From an uncultured delta proteobacterium (lineage in GTDB: Bacteria; Desulfobacterota; Binatia; UBA9968), in NCBI GenBank assembly GCA_963847445.1, contig CAWJZV010000007.1, positions 299,593 through 363,592 of the forward strand: 64,000 nt of DNA, given 5' to 3'. Made by a program: the position numbers and the translations under genes. A model generated the notes under the pieces. It saw only the letters and a program-made list of their open reading frames with translations. It had not been told where the DNA came from and made no database searches. How positions within the stretch are numbered: the first letter of the stretch is position 1; each line of letters begins with the position of its first letter. Shown one piece after another: positions 31,840 to 45,076 of this stretch.

Positions 31840-32238
31840 TCATCGAACCAGTCCCGGACGAGCAGCTCTTCGTCGGCGTGCTTTATCGGCGAGTAGCCTT
31901 TTTTTGGGTCGAGCTACAGTTGGTATTTCTTGCTGCCGAAAGCGCGCACGGCAGGTAGCGCGCCGGCTGCTGCGCTGCCGCCAAACAGCTGGCGTTGGAC
32001 TTTTAAACTCTTGCCCGGTGGTATCTTCGTAAATGTAAGAGTTGTTGACCTGGCCGGCGCTTTCCATCTGCAGGAAGGCGCCTTTACCACCCTTACGTTC
32101 CCAACAATCGAGTTCGACGTTGCGGCTATCTTCGACGAAAAAAGTATTAATGACCGGAATGCCTTCGCTCTCCACCCACCGGTCGTAGCACGACTTGGCA
32201 CCTTCGGGGACTTCCGAGGGTTGTTGTGATTCAGTCAT
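31840..32238 (-). pseudogene. Truncated N-terminal remnant of a cupin-type protein
   Basis: YDRWVESEGIPVI.TFFVED..VELD.WERKGGKGAF, then IPPGKSLKVQRQLF in another frame, then unrelated sequence. Confidence 0.5.
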
Positions 32239-32301
32239 GGAATTTGCTTATCGCCAGCGTGGAAATTTTTATCATAGCGCTGGCGGCGATAAAAGCTCGC
32301 T

Positions 32302-33499
32302 TCAACGCCGGTAGAATTTTGCGATTGCAGCGACAACGGTTTCCTGTTGGGTGGTTGTCAACTCAGGAAAGAGCGGCAGCGCCAGCACTTGGCCGGCAGC
32401 CAGTTCTGCTTGGGGGAAATCGCCCTGCTGGTAACTTAGATCGGCGAAACACTTCTGCAAATGCAACGGCAGCGGATAGTAGATCTCACTTTGAATGGCT
32501 GCGTCGGCGAGGAATCGCTTGAGCTCATCGCGGCGTTCGGCGCGGATGCAGTAATTGTTAAACACATGGGATTTGTCCGCCGACAATGGCGGGATGGCCA
32601 ATACTTGATTGCCAACCAGTCCGCTGTCCATAAACATTTGATAGTAGGTGCGCGCGCGCTCGATCCTCGCCTCGCACCACACCTCCAAATATTGCAGTTT
32701 CACCGAAAGCACCGCGGCTTGCAGCGCATCGAGGCGGGAGTTAAGGCCGGTGATATCGTGGTGGTACTTGGCGCTTTCGCCATGCATGCGCAGCATTCTT
32801 AAACGGCTTGCTAAATCCTGCGAATGCGACGCTTACCAAGCCGCCGTCGCCGAAGCTACCCAAATTTTTGCTGGGAAAAAACGAGAAACATCCGAGATCG
32901 CCGATAGTGCCCGCAAACCTTTCTTTGCCTGTGGCGACCAGGCGCGCGCCGCAGGCTTGGGCGACGTCTTCGACGATCTGCAGGTGGAATTCCTCTGCCA
33001 GGGTTACCAAGGATCCCATGTCGCAAATCTGGCCGAACAGATGAACCGGCAGGAGCGCTTTGATGTGCGCGCCGGTTTTACCGTCGACGGTTTGGTCTTG
33101 TTTGATTACGCCGCGGTCGCGGAGAAATTCCTCGATCTTAACCGCCGAAAGTAAATAGGAATCGCTATCGATGTCGACAAACAACGGTGTCGCACCGAGG
33201 CGGGTGATCGAAGAGACTGTCGAGAAAAACGTAAACGGCGTAGTGATAACCGCATCGCCGCGGCCGACCCCGAGCGCCATCAACGCCAACAGCAGCGCGT
33301 CGCTGCCGGAAGCAACTCCGACGGCATGTCGGCAGCCGAGAAACGCGGCCATCTCGGTTTCGAATTGGTTCACCGCCGGGCCAAGGATGAATTGCTGTGA
33401 TTCGGCGACCGCATCGATGGCGTCGCGCACCTGATCGCGGATCGCCGCGTACTGAGCGCGCAGGTCAACGATGGGAATCTTGGGAGTGGGATTAGACAC
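32302..33499 (-). CDS. DegT/DnrJ/EryC1/StrS PLP aminotransferase (frameshift near 32830)
   Basis: SGSDAL, PVHLFGQ, EDVAQA, FSFFPSKNLG..GDGG, NSRLDALQAA, YYPLPLH. Confidence 0.93.
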
Positions 33500-34895
33500 T
33501 GGTCGTGGTTGCGGAGGACCGTCCCTTTAGGGCATTTTCGGCGACTTCGGAAAGCAGTTGATCGTGGTCGTGATTGAGTGCGAAGACGCGAAACTGGACG
33601 ATCTTTGACGGAATGAATTCAAATAATTCGGCCAGTGATTCCTTGGCGATTTCACCGCTCGATGGATCGTAGATGTGAATCTGTTTCTTACCCATGGCGA
33701 AAGGATTCTCCGGTCGGGGATCTTGAGTCGCCATGTCGACGCGAAATACTAGATCGCGCAATGCTGTGGGTAGACCGGCGCGAATGCGTTTCTCCCAGTC
33801 GGTGTCTTGGATCAAGTCGACGCCGTAGTGCAGCTCGTTGAGCGACAGCGTGCGATCGAACGCCATCTTCCATTTCACTTCGCGATGAAGCACGGTTTCC
33901 CATTCCTTACCGAGCGCCTCGCGGTCCGTCTTTTGCCGCCGCCAGCGGGAGACTTCCTCAAGGAGCGACCAATCGGTCAAGTAAAGATAGTCTTCCATAT
34001 GCTCCAGCGGGTTGCCGGGAAACAGCAGTTTCATGGTTTCTGGAAAGATATCGCGCAAGTGCAAGTCGATCGCCCTGGTGGTGCGATGGTAATAGACGTT
34101 GGTGTAGAGATAGAGCCGGGCGTTGAGAAAAGTCGTCAGCGCATTGTTGCCGGCCTTGTGCACCGTTAGCCCTTTGGGGGTAAAAAAGGTGTAGTGGAGC
34201 AAGCGCTCGCGATCCACCGGTCCGGGATGGACGCCGCACATGTACGAGTCGCGCGAGACGTAATCCAAGTTGTCGAAAGTAAAAATGCCGCCGGTCAGCG
34301 GTTGCAAAAAGCGCACCCACTTGGGTTTGTGGTTATCCTCCTTGCCGTTTTTCTTGATCGGAAAGGCGACATCCTCCGGGCGCAATTCTTCGCCGGCGGC
34401 GAATGGACCGCTCGGGCTGCGGCGCAGTTGACTAATGATATCGCCCAAGTATTTTTGGATGATCGTCTGGCCCAAATCTTCATGGGTGAGATCGTAGTGG
34501 TGCAGAAAATTATCGTCGAAAAAATGGCCGAAGGGCCCATGGCCGATGTCGTGTAGTAGTCCGACGACGCGCATGTATTGTTCGATGTAAGGTGCCGACG
34601 GGCAGTCGTCGCCTAAGACTTTGAGCAACGACGGATACAGGTGCTTGCCGAATTCGCCGGCCATATGCATGGCGCCCAAGGAGTGTTGAAACCGGCTATG
34701 TTCCGCCGACGGGTAAACCCAACGGGCGCTTTGCAGTTGGTAAATGTAGCGCAGCCGCTGCACCCAGGGCGAATCGATCAACGCCTTTTCGGTCACCTCG
34801 CCTTTTTTCTCCGGCACGGTGAACTGAATGTAGCGGTGGATCGGATCGGCGATTAGCGCCGTACCGCCGAATTCATTATCGATCAATTGCGCCAT
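33492..34895 (-). CDS. HD-domain phosphohydrolase (SAMHD1/dNTPase-like)
   Basis: DPIH, QRLR.I.QL, HSRFQHSLG, LLHDIGHGPFGH, D.LDY..RD, VYYH. Confidence 0.9.
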   Translation of the reverse strand: MAQLIDNEFGGTALIADPIHRYIQFTVPEKKGEVTEKALIDSPWVQRLRYIYQLQSARWVYPSAEHSRFQHSLGAMHMAGEFGKHLYPSLLKVLGDDCPSAPYIEQYMRVVGLLHDIGHGPFGHFFDDNFLHHYDLTHEDLGQTIIQKYLGDIISQLRRSPSGPFAAGEELRPEDVAFPIKKNGKEDNHKPKWVRFLQPLTGGIFTFDNLDYVSRDSYMCGVHPGPVDRERLLHYTFFTPKGLTVHKAGNNALTTFLNARLYLYTNVYYHRTTRAIDLHLRDIFPETMKLLFPGNPLEHMEDYLYLTDWSLLEEVSRWRRQKTDREALGKEWETVLHREVKWKMAFDRTLSLNELHYGVDLIQDTDWEKRIRAGLPTALRDLVFRVDMATQDPRPENPFAMGKKQIHIYDPSSGEIAKESLAELFEFIPSKIVQFRVFALNHDHDQLLSEVAENALKGRSSATTTSV

Positions 34896-34985
34896 ATTCT
34901 CGCTGTGCTCGAAATTTCAAATTCCCGATTTTCAAAAGGCTAAATCACGATGCGCGGTGTATCCGTCATGGCTTCCACGACTCGC

Positions 34986-35405
34986 TTAAAGTTCGAAGAT
35001 CACCTGAGCAATCCACTGATTGCCGGTTTTCTGCATGCGGCTCTTGTGCTCCGCCACCGTGGCGATTTCCTGTTTGATCTCGTGACGGTCGGGATCGCTC
35101 TTCTCGCCGCCAACTTCGGCTTTAACGCTGGTATCTTTGACTTCGGTGATTTTGAATTCTTTAAGCAAGTAGCCGCCGCCCTGGTACAAATAGAGCAGCT
35201 CGCGCAGCCAGTTGACGATCAATTCGTCGCGGTCGGCAGCCTCGACCTCGAGGGGCAGGCGCTCTTTGACTTCGATCTTGTCGATGTCGGCCATGACGTC
35301 GAATAGAGCGCGGCCCGAGTTCACAAACAGGTCCGCCTGTGAGTTGCCTGTGATTCGCACAGCCAATTCGTTTTGGTGTTGGGTGATGCGGTATTTGTTG
35401 TCCAT
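34986..35405 (-). CDS. Archease-family protein (divergent)
   Basis: G....DLF.N...ALF.VM.D, L.VNWL.ELLY, GEK.DPDRH, W.AQVIF. Confidence 0.8.
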   Translation of the reverse strand: MDNKYRITQHQNELAVRITGNSQADLFVNSGRALFDVMADIDKIEVKERLPLEVEAADRDELIVNWLRELLYLYQGGGYLLKEFKITEVKDTSVKAEVGGEKSDPDRHEIKQEIATVAEHKSRMQKTGNQWIAQVIFEL

Positions 35406-35411
35406 GATCGA

Positions 35412-35717
35412 TCAGCCTTTAGAATCAAACGCGGGGGCTCTGTCTTCCTCCAAGAGAGGGTCTATTATAGATCGCCGTCCGGCAACATCGTCATCCAATA
35501 AGCGGCGAATCTCTGGACGGTCATAACAATCAACACAAGTAAGAATCTCGGTCGGATGGGTCAATCTCAGATATCGTACGGGTGGCGCGTCACTATTAGG
35601 ATTGACGAAAACGTCCCATTCGCAGTGGCCTGTGTGCAGGCGATAGTAATCGACCCAGTAGCTTTTCTGCGTGTGTACTGTGCCCCGAACTTCTCTGCCG
35701 CAGTGGTAACACCGCAT
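35412..35717 (-). CDS. Hypothetical putative zinc-binding protein
   Basis: CYHC near the N-terminus and CVDC later; AGGAG SD; embedded in the operon. Confidence 0.65.
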   Translation of the reverse strand: MRCYHCGREVRGTVHTQKSYWVDYYRLHTGHCEWDVFVNPNSDAPPVRYLRLTHPTEILTCVDCYDRPEIRRLLDDDVAGRRSIIDPLLEEDRAPAFDSKG

Positions 35718-35727
35718 AGTCTCCTAT

Positions 35728-36477
35728 TTATACCCGGTTTATCAGGCTCGCCGCAAACCCGGCGCCGAAGCCGTTGTCGATGTTGCACACGGTTACGCCA
35801 GCGGCGCATGAGTTGAGCATGCCCAACAGCGCCGATAGTCCATGAAAACTGGCACCGTAGCCGATACTCGTCGGTACCGCGATCACCGGTTTCGCGACCA
35901 AACCGGCGACCACACTCGGCAACGCACCTTCCATGCCGGCGACGACGATTAACACCGCCGCGCCGTCGAGCTTGGCGCGATTGCCGAGCAAGCGATGAAT
36001 GCCGGCGACGCCGACGTCGAAAAGCCGCTCGACCTTGTTGCCCATTATTGTCGCCGTGAGCGCCGCTTCCTCGGCAACCGGGATGTCCGAAGTGCCCGCG
36101 GAAACCACCAGAATCGTGCCTTTACCGGTGGCCCGGATCGGCTTAGCCGTCCAAGTTGCTGCCCGGGCGATGGGATGCAGTTTCAAGCCGAGGCTGTAGC
36201 GTTTCAATTGCTCTATCTTGCGATCATCTAATCTGGTGATCAGAACATTGCTCTTACGACACTGCATGACCCGCACGATGGCGGCGATGTCTTTGGTTTC
36301 TTTGCCCTGACCCATGACCACTTCGGGAAAACCTTGACGCAATGCGCGATGATGGTCGATCTTGGCAAAACCGAGGTCTTCAAAAGGCAGATGGCGCAAC
36401 CGCTGCAGCGCCTGAGCGATGGTGACTTTGCGCCGCTGCACGCGTTCGAGAAGTTTTTCCAGTTCTTCGGCGTCCAT
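35728..36477 (-). CDS. larB: LarB-like nickel-pincer cofactor biosynthesis carboxylase (PurE-like)
   Basis: D.HRALRQGFPE, AGTSDIPVAEEA, DVGVAGIHRL, AGMEGALPSV, PTSIGYG, NIDNGFGA. Confidence 0.92.
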   Translation of the reverse strand: MDAEELEKLLERVQRRKVTIAQALQRLRHLPFEDLGFAKIDHHRALRQGFPEVVMGQGKETKDIAAIVRVMQCRKSNVLITRLDDRKIEQLKRYSLGLKLHPIARAATWTAKPIRATGKGTILVVSAGTSDIPVAEEAALTATIMGNKVERLFDVGVAGIHRLLGNRAKLDGAAVLIVVAGMEGALPSVVAGLVAKPVIAVPTSIGYGASFHGLSALLGMLNSCAAGVTVCNIDNGFGAGFAASLINRV

Positions 36478-36545
36478 GGTTTAATCGTCAAACGCGTCGG
36501 TCATGATGGGCAAGGAGGCATTCTAGCGGTTCTTCCGGCGCGAGG

Positions 36546-37535
36546 CTACGGCCTTTTGAAATGGTCGTGGCCCGCTGCTTTGACTGCGATTGTGGCGCCG
36601 CTAGCGTCAACCACATGGACGCCGTTCCCAACCGGCATGCATACGCCGATCCGTGAGATCGCAACGCCAGCCAGCCGGTTAAGTTTTTCGATGCGCTTTC
36701 TCTGGTGCGGGGCGGCGCAGAAAAGTAACTCGTAATCCTCGCCGCCGCTCATAGCGCAGCGCATGCCGATTTTTCCCGCCAGCGCACGATAAGCGTTGGA
36801 CAGCGGTAGTTTGTCTTGTTGGATGGTCGCGCCGACATGGCTAGCTTGGCAGATATGGCCCAAGTCCTGAATTAAACCGTCGCTAATATCGATCATCGCC
36901 GTGGGCAGATTTCGCTCCGCCAGGAGTGCGGCTGCAGCAAGGCGAGGCGTCGGCCGGTGATGGCGCTTGCGCAATTGCGCCATAGCGGGGCTCTGCCGCA
37001 GCCGCTTCCGCCGTAGCAGCGCCAAACCCAGTGCGGCGTCGCCAAGGGTACCGGTGACATAAATATCGTCGCCGACATGGGCGCCGCTGCGGCAAATCGG
37101 TTTGCTCGGCGGATGACCGACGACGCACACCGAGATCAACAACGAATCGGCTAGGTTCGTGTCGCCACCAACGACGGTTACCCCATGCTTTTTTGCCAAG
37201 CCGTTGATGCCGCGGTAGAGCTCGTCGAGTTGTTTGCTGTCGAAGTGCGCGGGAATGCCGAGGGAAAGCATTGCGTAAGCTGGCACACCACCCATGGCAG
37301 CGATGTCGCTGAGATTAACCGCGAGAGATTTGTAGCCCAGGTCGGCGAGGGAAGTCCATCGGAGATCGAAGTGAATGCCCTCGATCAACAGGTCGGCGGT
37401 GATGAGCGACGATCCTTGTGGATGATCGACCCAAGCGGCATCGTCGCCAATACCTAGACGTACGCCGCGGCCCACCGAAACCATACGGCGGATTCTATCG
37501 ATAAGCCCGAATTCCCCGAGCCGGCTGAGTTTCAT
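36546..37535 (-). CDS. thiL: Thiamine-monophosphate kinase
   Basis: EFGLI, GIGDDAA, NLSDIAAMGG, GGDT, DISDGL, GGEDYELLF. Confidence 0.96.
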   Translation of the reverse strand: MKLSRLGEFGLIDRIRRMVSVGRGVRLGIGDDAAWVDHPQGSSLITADLLIEGIHFDLRWTSLADLGYKSLAVNLSDIAAMGGVPAYAMLSLGIPAHFDSKQLDELYRGINGLAKKHGVTVVGGDTNLADSLLISVCVVGHPPSKPICRSGAHVGDDIYVTGTLGDAALGLALLRRKRLRQSPAMAQLRKRHHRPTPRLAAAALLAERNLPTAMIDISDGLIQDLGHICQASHVGATIQQDKLPLSNAYRALAGKIGMRCAMSGGEDYELLFCAAPHQRKRIEKLNRLAGVAISRIGVCMPVGNGVHVVDASGATIAVKAAGHDHFKRP

Positions 37536-37624
37536 GAAGGTAGGCGAGCAAGCCTCATTGAGAGTGCGATATCAGTGCGTTGGAAAAATCTTTGTAGCAG
37601 CGTTGTGGCAACTGCGCTACAGTT

Positions 37625-40129
<2,505 letters not shown>

Positions 40130-40271
40130 TCCACTCCAATTAACGGCTTAACTTAATCACGTTGCATGGGTAGGTCAACCAGAAACAACATCGGCGGCAG
40201 GATTAATTGACTGGGGCTAGGGAAGTAGACTCAAATGGGCCGGTATGAGAAGAACCCTGTCTGTACAAAGA

Positions 40272-41405
40272 TTAGTCGAACAGTTGCTTCATCTTGTCGA
40301 AAAATCCCTTCGCCATGGGATTGACATCCTCACCACCGATGGCGGCAAACTCTTTGAGCAGCTCTTTTTGCTTACTGGTCAAATGTGTCGGCGTTTCCAC
40401 CGTGACGCGCACATGCTGGTCGCCCTGCTGAAATCCTTGCACGTCTTTGACGCCACGGCCCTTCATGCGGAAGAGTTTGCCGGATTGTGTGCCGCTCGGG
40501 ATCTTCATCTTCACTTTACCATCGAGAGTCGGCACGTCGATCTCCGCGCCCAACGCAGCTTGAACGAAACTGATCGGCACATCGCATAAGATATCAAGAT
40601 TCTCGCGCACGAAAATCGGGTGCGACTCTACCTGGATGACGACATAAAGATCGCCAGGACTGCCGCCAACCGGTCCGGTCTCGCCCTCGGCGCGCAGTTT
40701 CAATCGCGATCCGGTATCAACTCCGGCGGGAATTTTTACGCTCAGCGTATGCATGGCGCGCACCCGACCGACGCCGCCGCAGGTGGCGCAAGGTTCTTTG
40801 ATAATCGTGCCCTGGCCATGGCATTGATTGCAGGTGCGCGAGACGCTGAAAAACCCCTGTTGAAAGGCAACCTGGCCGCGGCCGCGGCAGGTAGGACAGG
40901 TTTGCGGCGTGGTTCCCGGCTTGGCGCCATTGCCGCGGCAGGTTTCGCAGCTGCCATGACGCGGAATCTTGATCTTTTTCTCCGTGCCTGAAACCGCCTC
41001 CTCGAATTTCAAGGAGAGATTATAGCGGAGATCGTCGCCGCGCGCTTGGCCGCGGCGCCGGCCGCCGCCACCGAAGAACTCGCCGAAAATATCGCCGAAG
41101 ACGTCTTCAAAGCCACCGCCGGCGAAGTCGAATCCACCGCCCGCGGGGCCACCGTCACCGAATGCCGCATGGCCAAACTGGTCGTATTGGGCGCGTTTCT
41201 GCGGGTCGGAAAGAACCGAGTAGGCTTCGGAAATCTCCTTGAATTTTTCCTCTGCCTGTTTGTCGCCTGGATTGCGGTCTGGATGATATTGCAGCGCTAA
41301 CTTTCGGTAGGCCTTTTTTAGATCATCCTCGCTGGCGTTGCGGTTGACCCCGAGTAGCTCGTAGTAATCTTTCTTAGCAGCAGCCAAGGGTTTTCCTCGT
41401 GTCAT
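40272..41405 (-). CDS. dnaJ: Chaperone DnaJ
   Basis: HPD J-domain, G/F region, four CxxCxGxG repeats. Confidence 0.98.
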   Translation of the reverse strand: MTRGKPLAAAKKDYYELLGVNRNASEDDLKKAYRKLALQYHPDRNPGDKQAEEKFKEISEAYSVLSDPQKRAQYDQFGHAAFGDGGPAGGGFDFAGGGFEDVFGDIFGEFFGGGGRRRGQARGDDLRYNLSLKFEEAVSGTEKKIKIPRHGSCETCRGNGAKPGTTPQTCPTCRGRGQVAFQQGFFSVSRTCNQCHGQGTIIKEPCATCGGVGRVRAMHTLSVKIPAGVDTGSRLKLRAEGETGPVGGSPGDLYVVIQVESHPIFVRENLDILCDVPISFVQAALGAEIDVPTLDGKVKMKIPSGTQSGKLFRMKGRGVKDVQGFQQGDQHVRVTVETPTHLTSKQKELLKEFAAIGGEDVNPMAKGFFDKMKQLFD

Positions 41406-41422
41406 TCTCGACCGGAATGAGC

Positions 41423-41464
41423 AACAAAGCCCCTCTCCACGATTTTCGGGAGAGGGGCTTTGTT
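41423..41464 (-). terminator. Stem-loop between dnaK and dnaJ
   Basis: AACAAAGCCCCTCTCC-N10-GGAGAGGGGCTTTGTT, 16-bp stem. Confidence 0.75.
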
Positions 41465-41491
41465 TGAACTAGGTCCGCTTAGGTCTCGATG

Positions 41492-43415
41492 TTAGTCCTT
41501 TACCTCGGTGAAGTCAGCGTCAACGACATCGTCCTTTTTCTTGCCGCCGCCGGCTCCCGCATCTTTATCGTCGGTTGTTTCGCCGGCCTGTTTTGCGGCT
41601 TGCTGCTGTGACGCCTTGGCATACATCGCCTCCGCCAACTTGTGCGACGATTGGCTTAACACCTCAGCGGCCTTACGCATGGCCTCCGCATCCTGGCCCT
41701 CAAGCGTTTCTTTGGCTTGCTTTAACGCTGCTTCGATACTTTCCTTGATGCCAGCGTCAAGATCGCTGCCGTATTCGCTGAGCGATTTTTCAGTGGAGTA
41801 CACCAGCGAGTCCAATTGATTGCGCGCTTCGACGGTTTCTTTTTTCTTCTTGTCTTCGTCGGCGTGAGCTTCAGCTTCGCGGACCATTTTCTTAATCTCT
41901 GCTTCACTAAGTCCGGTGGAAGCGGTGATCTTAATCGACTGTTCTTTACCGGTGCCCAGGTCTTTCGCTGCGACATGCACGATACCGTTGGCGTCGATAT
42001 CGAATGTTACCTCGATTTGCGGCAAGCCGCGAGCCGCCAGCGGAATTCCGACCAGATCGAACTGTCCTAGCAGCTTGTTATCCGCCGCCATTTCTCGTTC
42101 GCCCTGAAACACGCGGATCGAGACCGCTTGTTGATTATCCTGAGCGGTGGAAAACACCTGGCTTTTCTTAGTCGGTATGGTGGTGTTGCGATCGATCAAT
42201 TTCGTGAACACGCCACCAAGGGTTTCGATACCCAGGGAAAGCGGTGTGACGTCCAACAATAGGACATCTTTGACTTCACCGGTGAGAACCGCGCCTTGGA
42301 TCGCTGCACCCATGGCCACCACTTCATCCGGATTGACTCCTTTGTGCGGTTCCTTGCCGAAAATTTTCTTAACCCGCTCCTGAACTGACTGGCATGCGGG
42401 TCATACCGCCAACTAGGATAACTTCGTGAATATCGCCGGCGCTGAGCCCGGCGTCTTTCAAAGCTTGCCGGCATGGGCCTTCAGTACGGTCGATCAAGTC
42501 GGCGCACAGCGCTTCGAGCTTGGACCGGGTCAATTTTATATTGAGATGCTTCGGACCTTGTTGGTCCGCGGTGATAAACGGCAGATTGATGTCGGTTTCC
42601 ATTGAAGACGACAGCTCGCATTTGGCCTTTTCGCCGGCCTCTTTGAGCCGTTGCAACGCCATCCGGTCTCTGCGCAGATCGATTCCCTGATCCTTCTTAA
42701 ACTCGTCGGCAAGGTAATCGATGATCCGCTGGTCGAAATCTTCGCCGCCGAGAAAGGTATCGCCATTGGTCGATTTGACTTCAAAGACGCCGTCGCCCAG
42801 TTCCAGAATCGAGATATCGAAGGTGCCGCCACCCAGATCGAACACGGCGATCTTCTCGTCTTTTTTCTTGTCCAAGCCATAGGCAAGCGCCGCCGCTGTG
42901 GGTTCGTTGATGATCCGCAAAACGTTGAGACCGGCGATTCGGCCGGCGTCTTTAGTCGCCTGCCTTTGACTATCGTTAAAGTAAGCCGGCACGGTGATCA
43001 CCGCTTCGGTGACTTTCTCACCGAGATAATCCTCGGCGCTCTGCTTCATTTTTTGCAGAATAAATGCCGAAATTTCTGCCGGACTGTAACCCTTGCCGCG
43101 GATCTCTACCCGAGCGTCGCCGTTGTCATTGCCGGTGATTTTATACGGCAGCACGCTCGACGCCTTCTGCACCATTGGGTCGTCGGTGCGCCTACCGATC
43201 AAACGCTTCACGGCTGAAATGGTATTTTCTGGATTGGTAATGGCCTGGCGACGAGCGATTTGACCAACAAGACGCTCACCGCTCTCTGTAAATGCCACTA
43301 CAGACGGGGTGGTCCGGCTACCTTCCGAATTGGCGAGCACATTAGGGTCGCCGGTTTCCATGATCGCAACGCAGGAGTTGGTCGTGCCAAGGTCAATTCC
43401 GATAACTTTTGCCAT
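41492..43415 (-). CDS. dnaK: Chaperone DnaK (frameshift near 42385)
   Basis: [42 protein letters not shown]. Confidence 0.97.
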
Positions 43416-43464
43416 TTTGCTTGCTCCTCAGAACTCTTTCAAATCTCACACCGACGCAGGTTAT

Positions 43465-44091
43465 TTAATCATCGGTTTGGTCGTTTTCAACCTCAGCTTC
43501 TGCGTTTTTTTTCTCTTGTGATATCGATGCTTTAGATACGGTTACCAAGGCAGGCCGCAAAAGTCGGTCGCGCATCAAGTAACCTCTCTGATGCGCTTCG
43601 ACAACGGTGTTAGGCGGATGTTCAGCGGTTTCCACCTGGGCAAGCGCTTCATGTTGGGCCGGATCGAAGGCCAAGCCAACCGCTGCGACCGGTTGGACTC
43701 CATGCTTAGCTAAGGTATCGAGGAACCCTTTGAGCACCATGTCAACGCCTTCAACCAGGAGCTTGCCATTACCGCTGCTGGAAGCATGGCCAATCGCCCG
43801 CTCAAGGTTATCGATTACCGGCAATAAGTCTTTGACAAGGGTTTCATTGGCATAGCGAAGGCTTTCCTCGCGATCGCGGGCGGTTCGTTTTTTGAAGTTG
43901 TCCATTTCGGCGACCTGCCGGATATAGCGATCATAGTTGTTTTTCGCTTCTTCTTCTTTGGCGTTCAACTGAAGCCGCAGTTCGGCTATATCGCTGTCTC
44001 GATCTGCAACTTTGTCGCGGTCTTGGCTAACCCGCTGATCCGCTTGGTCGTCATCGGATTGCCCGGTGATTTTGTTATTTTCATCTGCCAT
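43465..44091 (-). CDS. grpE: Nucleotide exchange factor GrpE
   Basis: AEMDNFKKR, LLPVIDNLERA, FDP..HEA, GY....RLLRPA.V.V. Confidence 0.96.
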   Translation of the reverse strand: MADENNKITGQSDDDQADQRVSQDRDKVADRDSDIAELRLQLNAKEEEAKNNYDRYIRQVAEMDNFKKRTARDREESLRYANETLVKDLLPVIDNLERAIGHASSSGNGKLLVEGVDMVLKGFLDTLAKHGVQPVAAVGLAFDPAQHEALAQVETAEHPPNTVVEAHQRGYLMRDRLLRPALVTVSKASISQEKKNAEAEVENDQTDD

Positions 44092-44253
44092 GTTTAGTGC
44101 TGACTCCCCAATTATGGTGGCGAAAACCTAATCACGATAGTCACTTCTGTCAAGTTTCTCCGAGTAAAAAACACTTGTTAAATTAAATAGTTGTCGTGTT
44201 GTAGAAAAAATGTTAGGGTGCCGAGTGACGGTTGCACAATAACCCCTCTGTTC

Positions 44254-45030
44254 ATGCGCTCGAGCCAAACAACCCCGGCTATTGTACTGCGTGCCCGGCC
44301 CTATGGCGAGTCAGATAAAATAGTTTCGTTCTTAACCGAGGAGTTTGGTAAACTGACGGGCATCGCCAAGGGAGCGTTGCGTTCCCGGCGGCGGTTTGTC
44401 AATTCGTTGGAACCGTTTTCACTGGTGAACCTGCGCTTCCAAGACCGCGCCCATAATAATCTCGCTTTTCTCATCGGCGCTGATCTTCTGTTCGGCTTGC
44501 GTCAGTTGACCTCAAGCCTGGAACGAATTTCCTATGCTGCTTATCTGGTGGAGATCACCGAAGGTCTGATTAGCGAGCGTGAAGAAAATTTGGCGGTCTT
44601 CCAACATTTACGGGATGGATTGCGGTACTTGGAAGAAATCGGCAGTTCGCTCAGGTTTTTGACCTACTACGAACTCAAGTTGCTCCATTTGGCTGGTTAT
44701 CGTCCGGCATTAAATGTTTGTCAGCGCTGCGGACAAGCGCGCCGTCAAGCCCAATTAGGCCAATGGCACTTTAGCCTAACCGATGGCGGTGTGTTGTGCG
44801 ATGCTTGCTCGCGGATGCGCCGCGAAGTGTTACCATTGGGTCATCTCGCTGCCAACATGCTTTCGACGCTGCAAACCGATTCCCACGATCTTGCCAATCG
44901 GGTTTTACTACCAGCGTCCGTCGTCAGCGAGATGCGCGCGGTTTTGCTGCGTTTTATTCAGTTTCAGATGGATCGTGAGATCAAATCCGCCGCGTTCTTA
45001 AGTCAGTTTTCTGGAACGGAAAACCCGTAG
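44254..45030 (+). CDS. recO: DNA repair protein RecO
   Basis: VLR.RPYGESDKIV..LT...GK..GIAKGA, CxxC..CxxC. Confidence 0.93.
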   Translation: MRSSQTTPAIVLRARPYGESDKIVSFLTEEFGKLTGIAKGALRSRRRFVNSLEPFSLVNLRFQDRAHNNLAFLIGADLLFGLRQLTSSLERISYAAYLVEITEGLISEREENLAVFQHLRDGLRYLEEIGSSLRFLTYYELKLLHLAGYRPALNVCQRCGQARRQAQLGQWHFSLTDGGVLCDACSRMRREVLPLGHLAANMLSTLQTDSHDLANRVLLPASVVSEMRAVLLRFIQFQMDREIKSAAFLSQFSGTENP

Positions 45031-45076
45031 CACAAGGATTTTAAGGTTATATAGATTACCGCAAGGATATACTCCG

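Noticed and set aside
44092-44253. CIRCE element or hrcA upstream of grpE-dnaK
   Set aside because: No TTAGCACTC-N9-GAGTGCTAA and no hrcA ORF found
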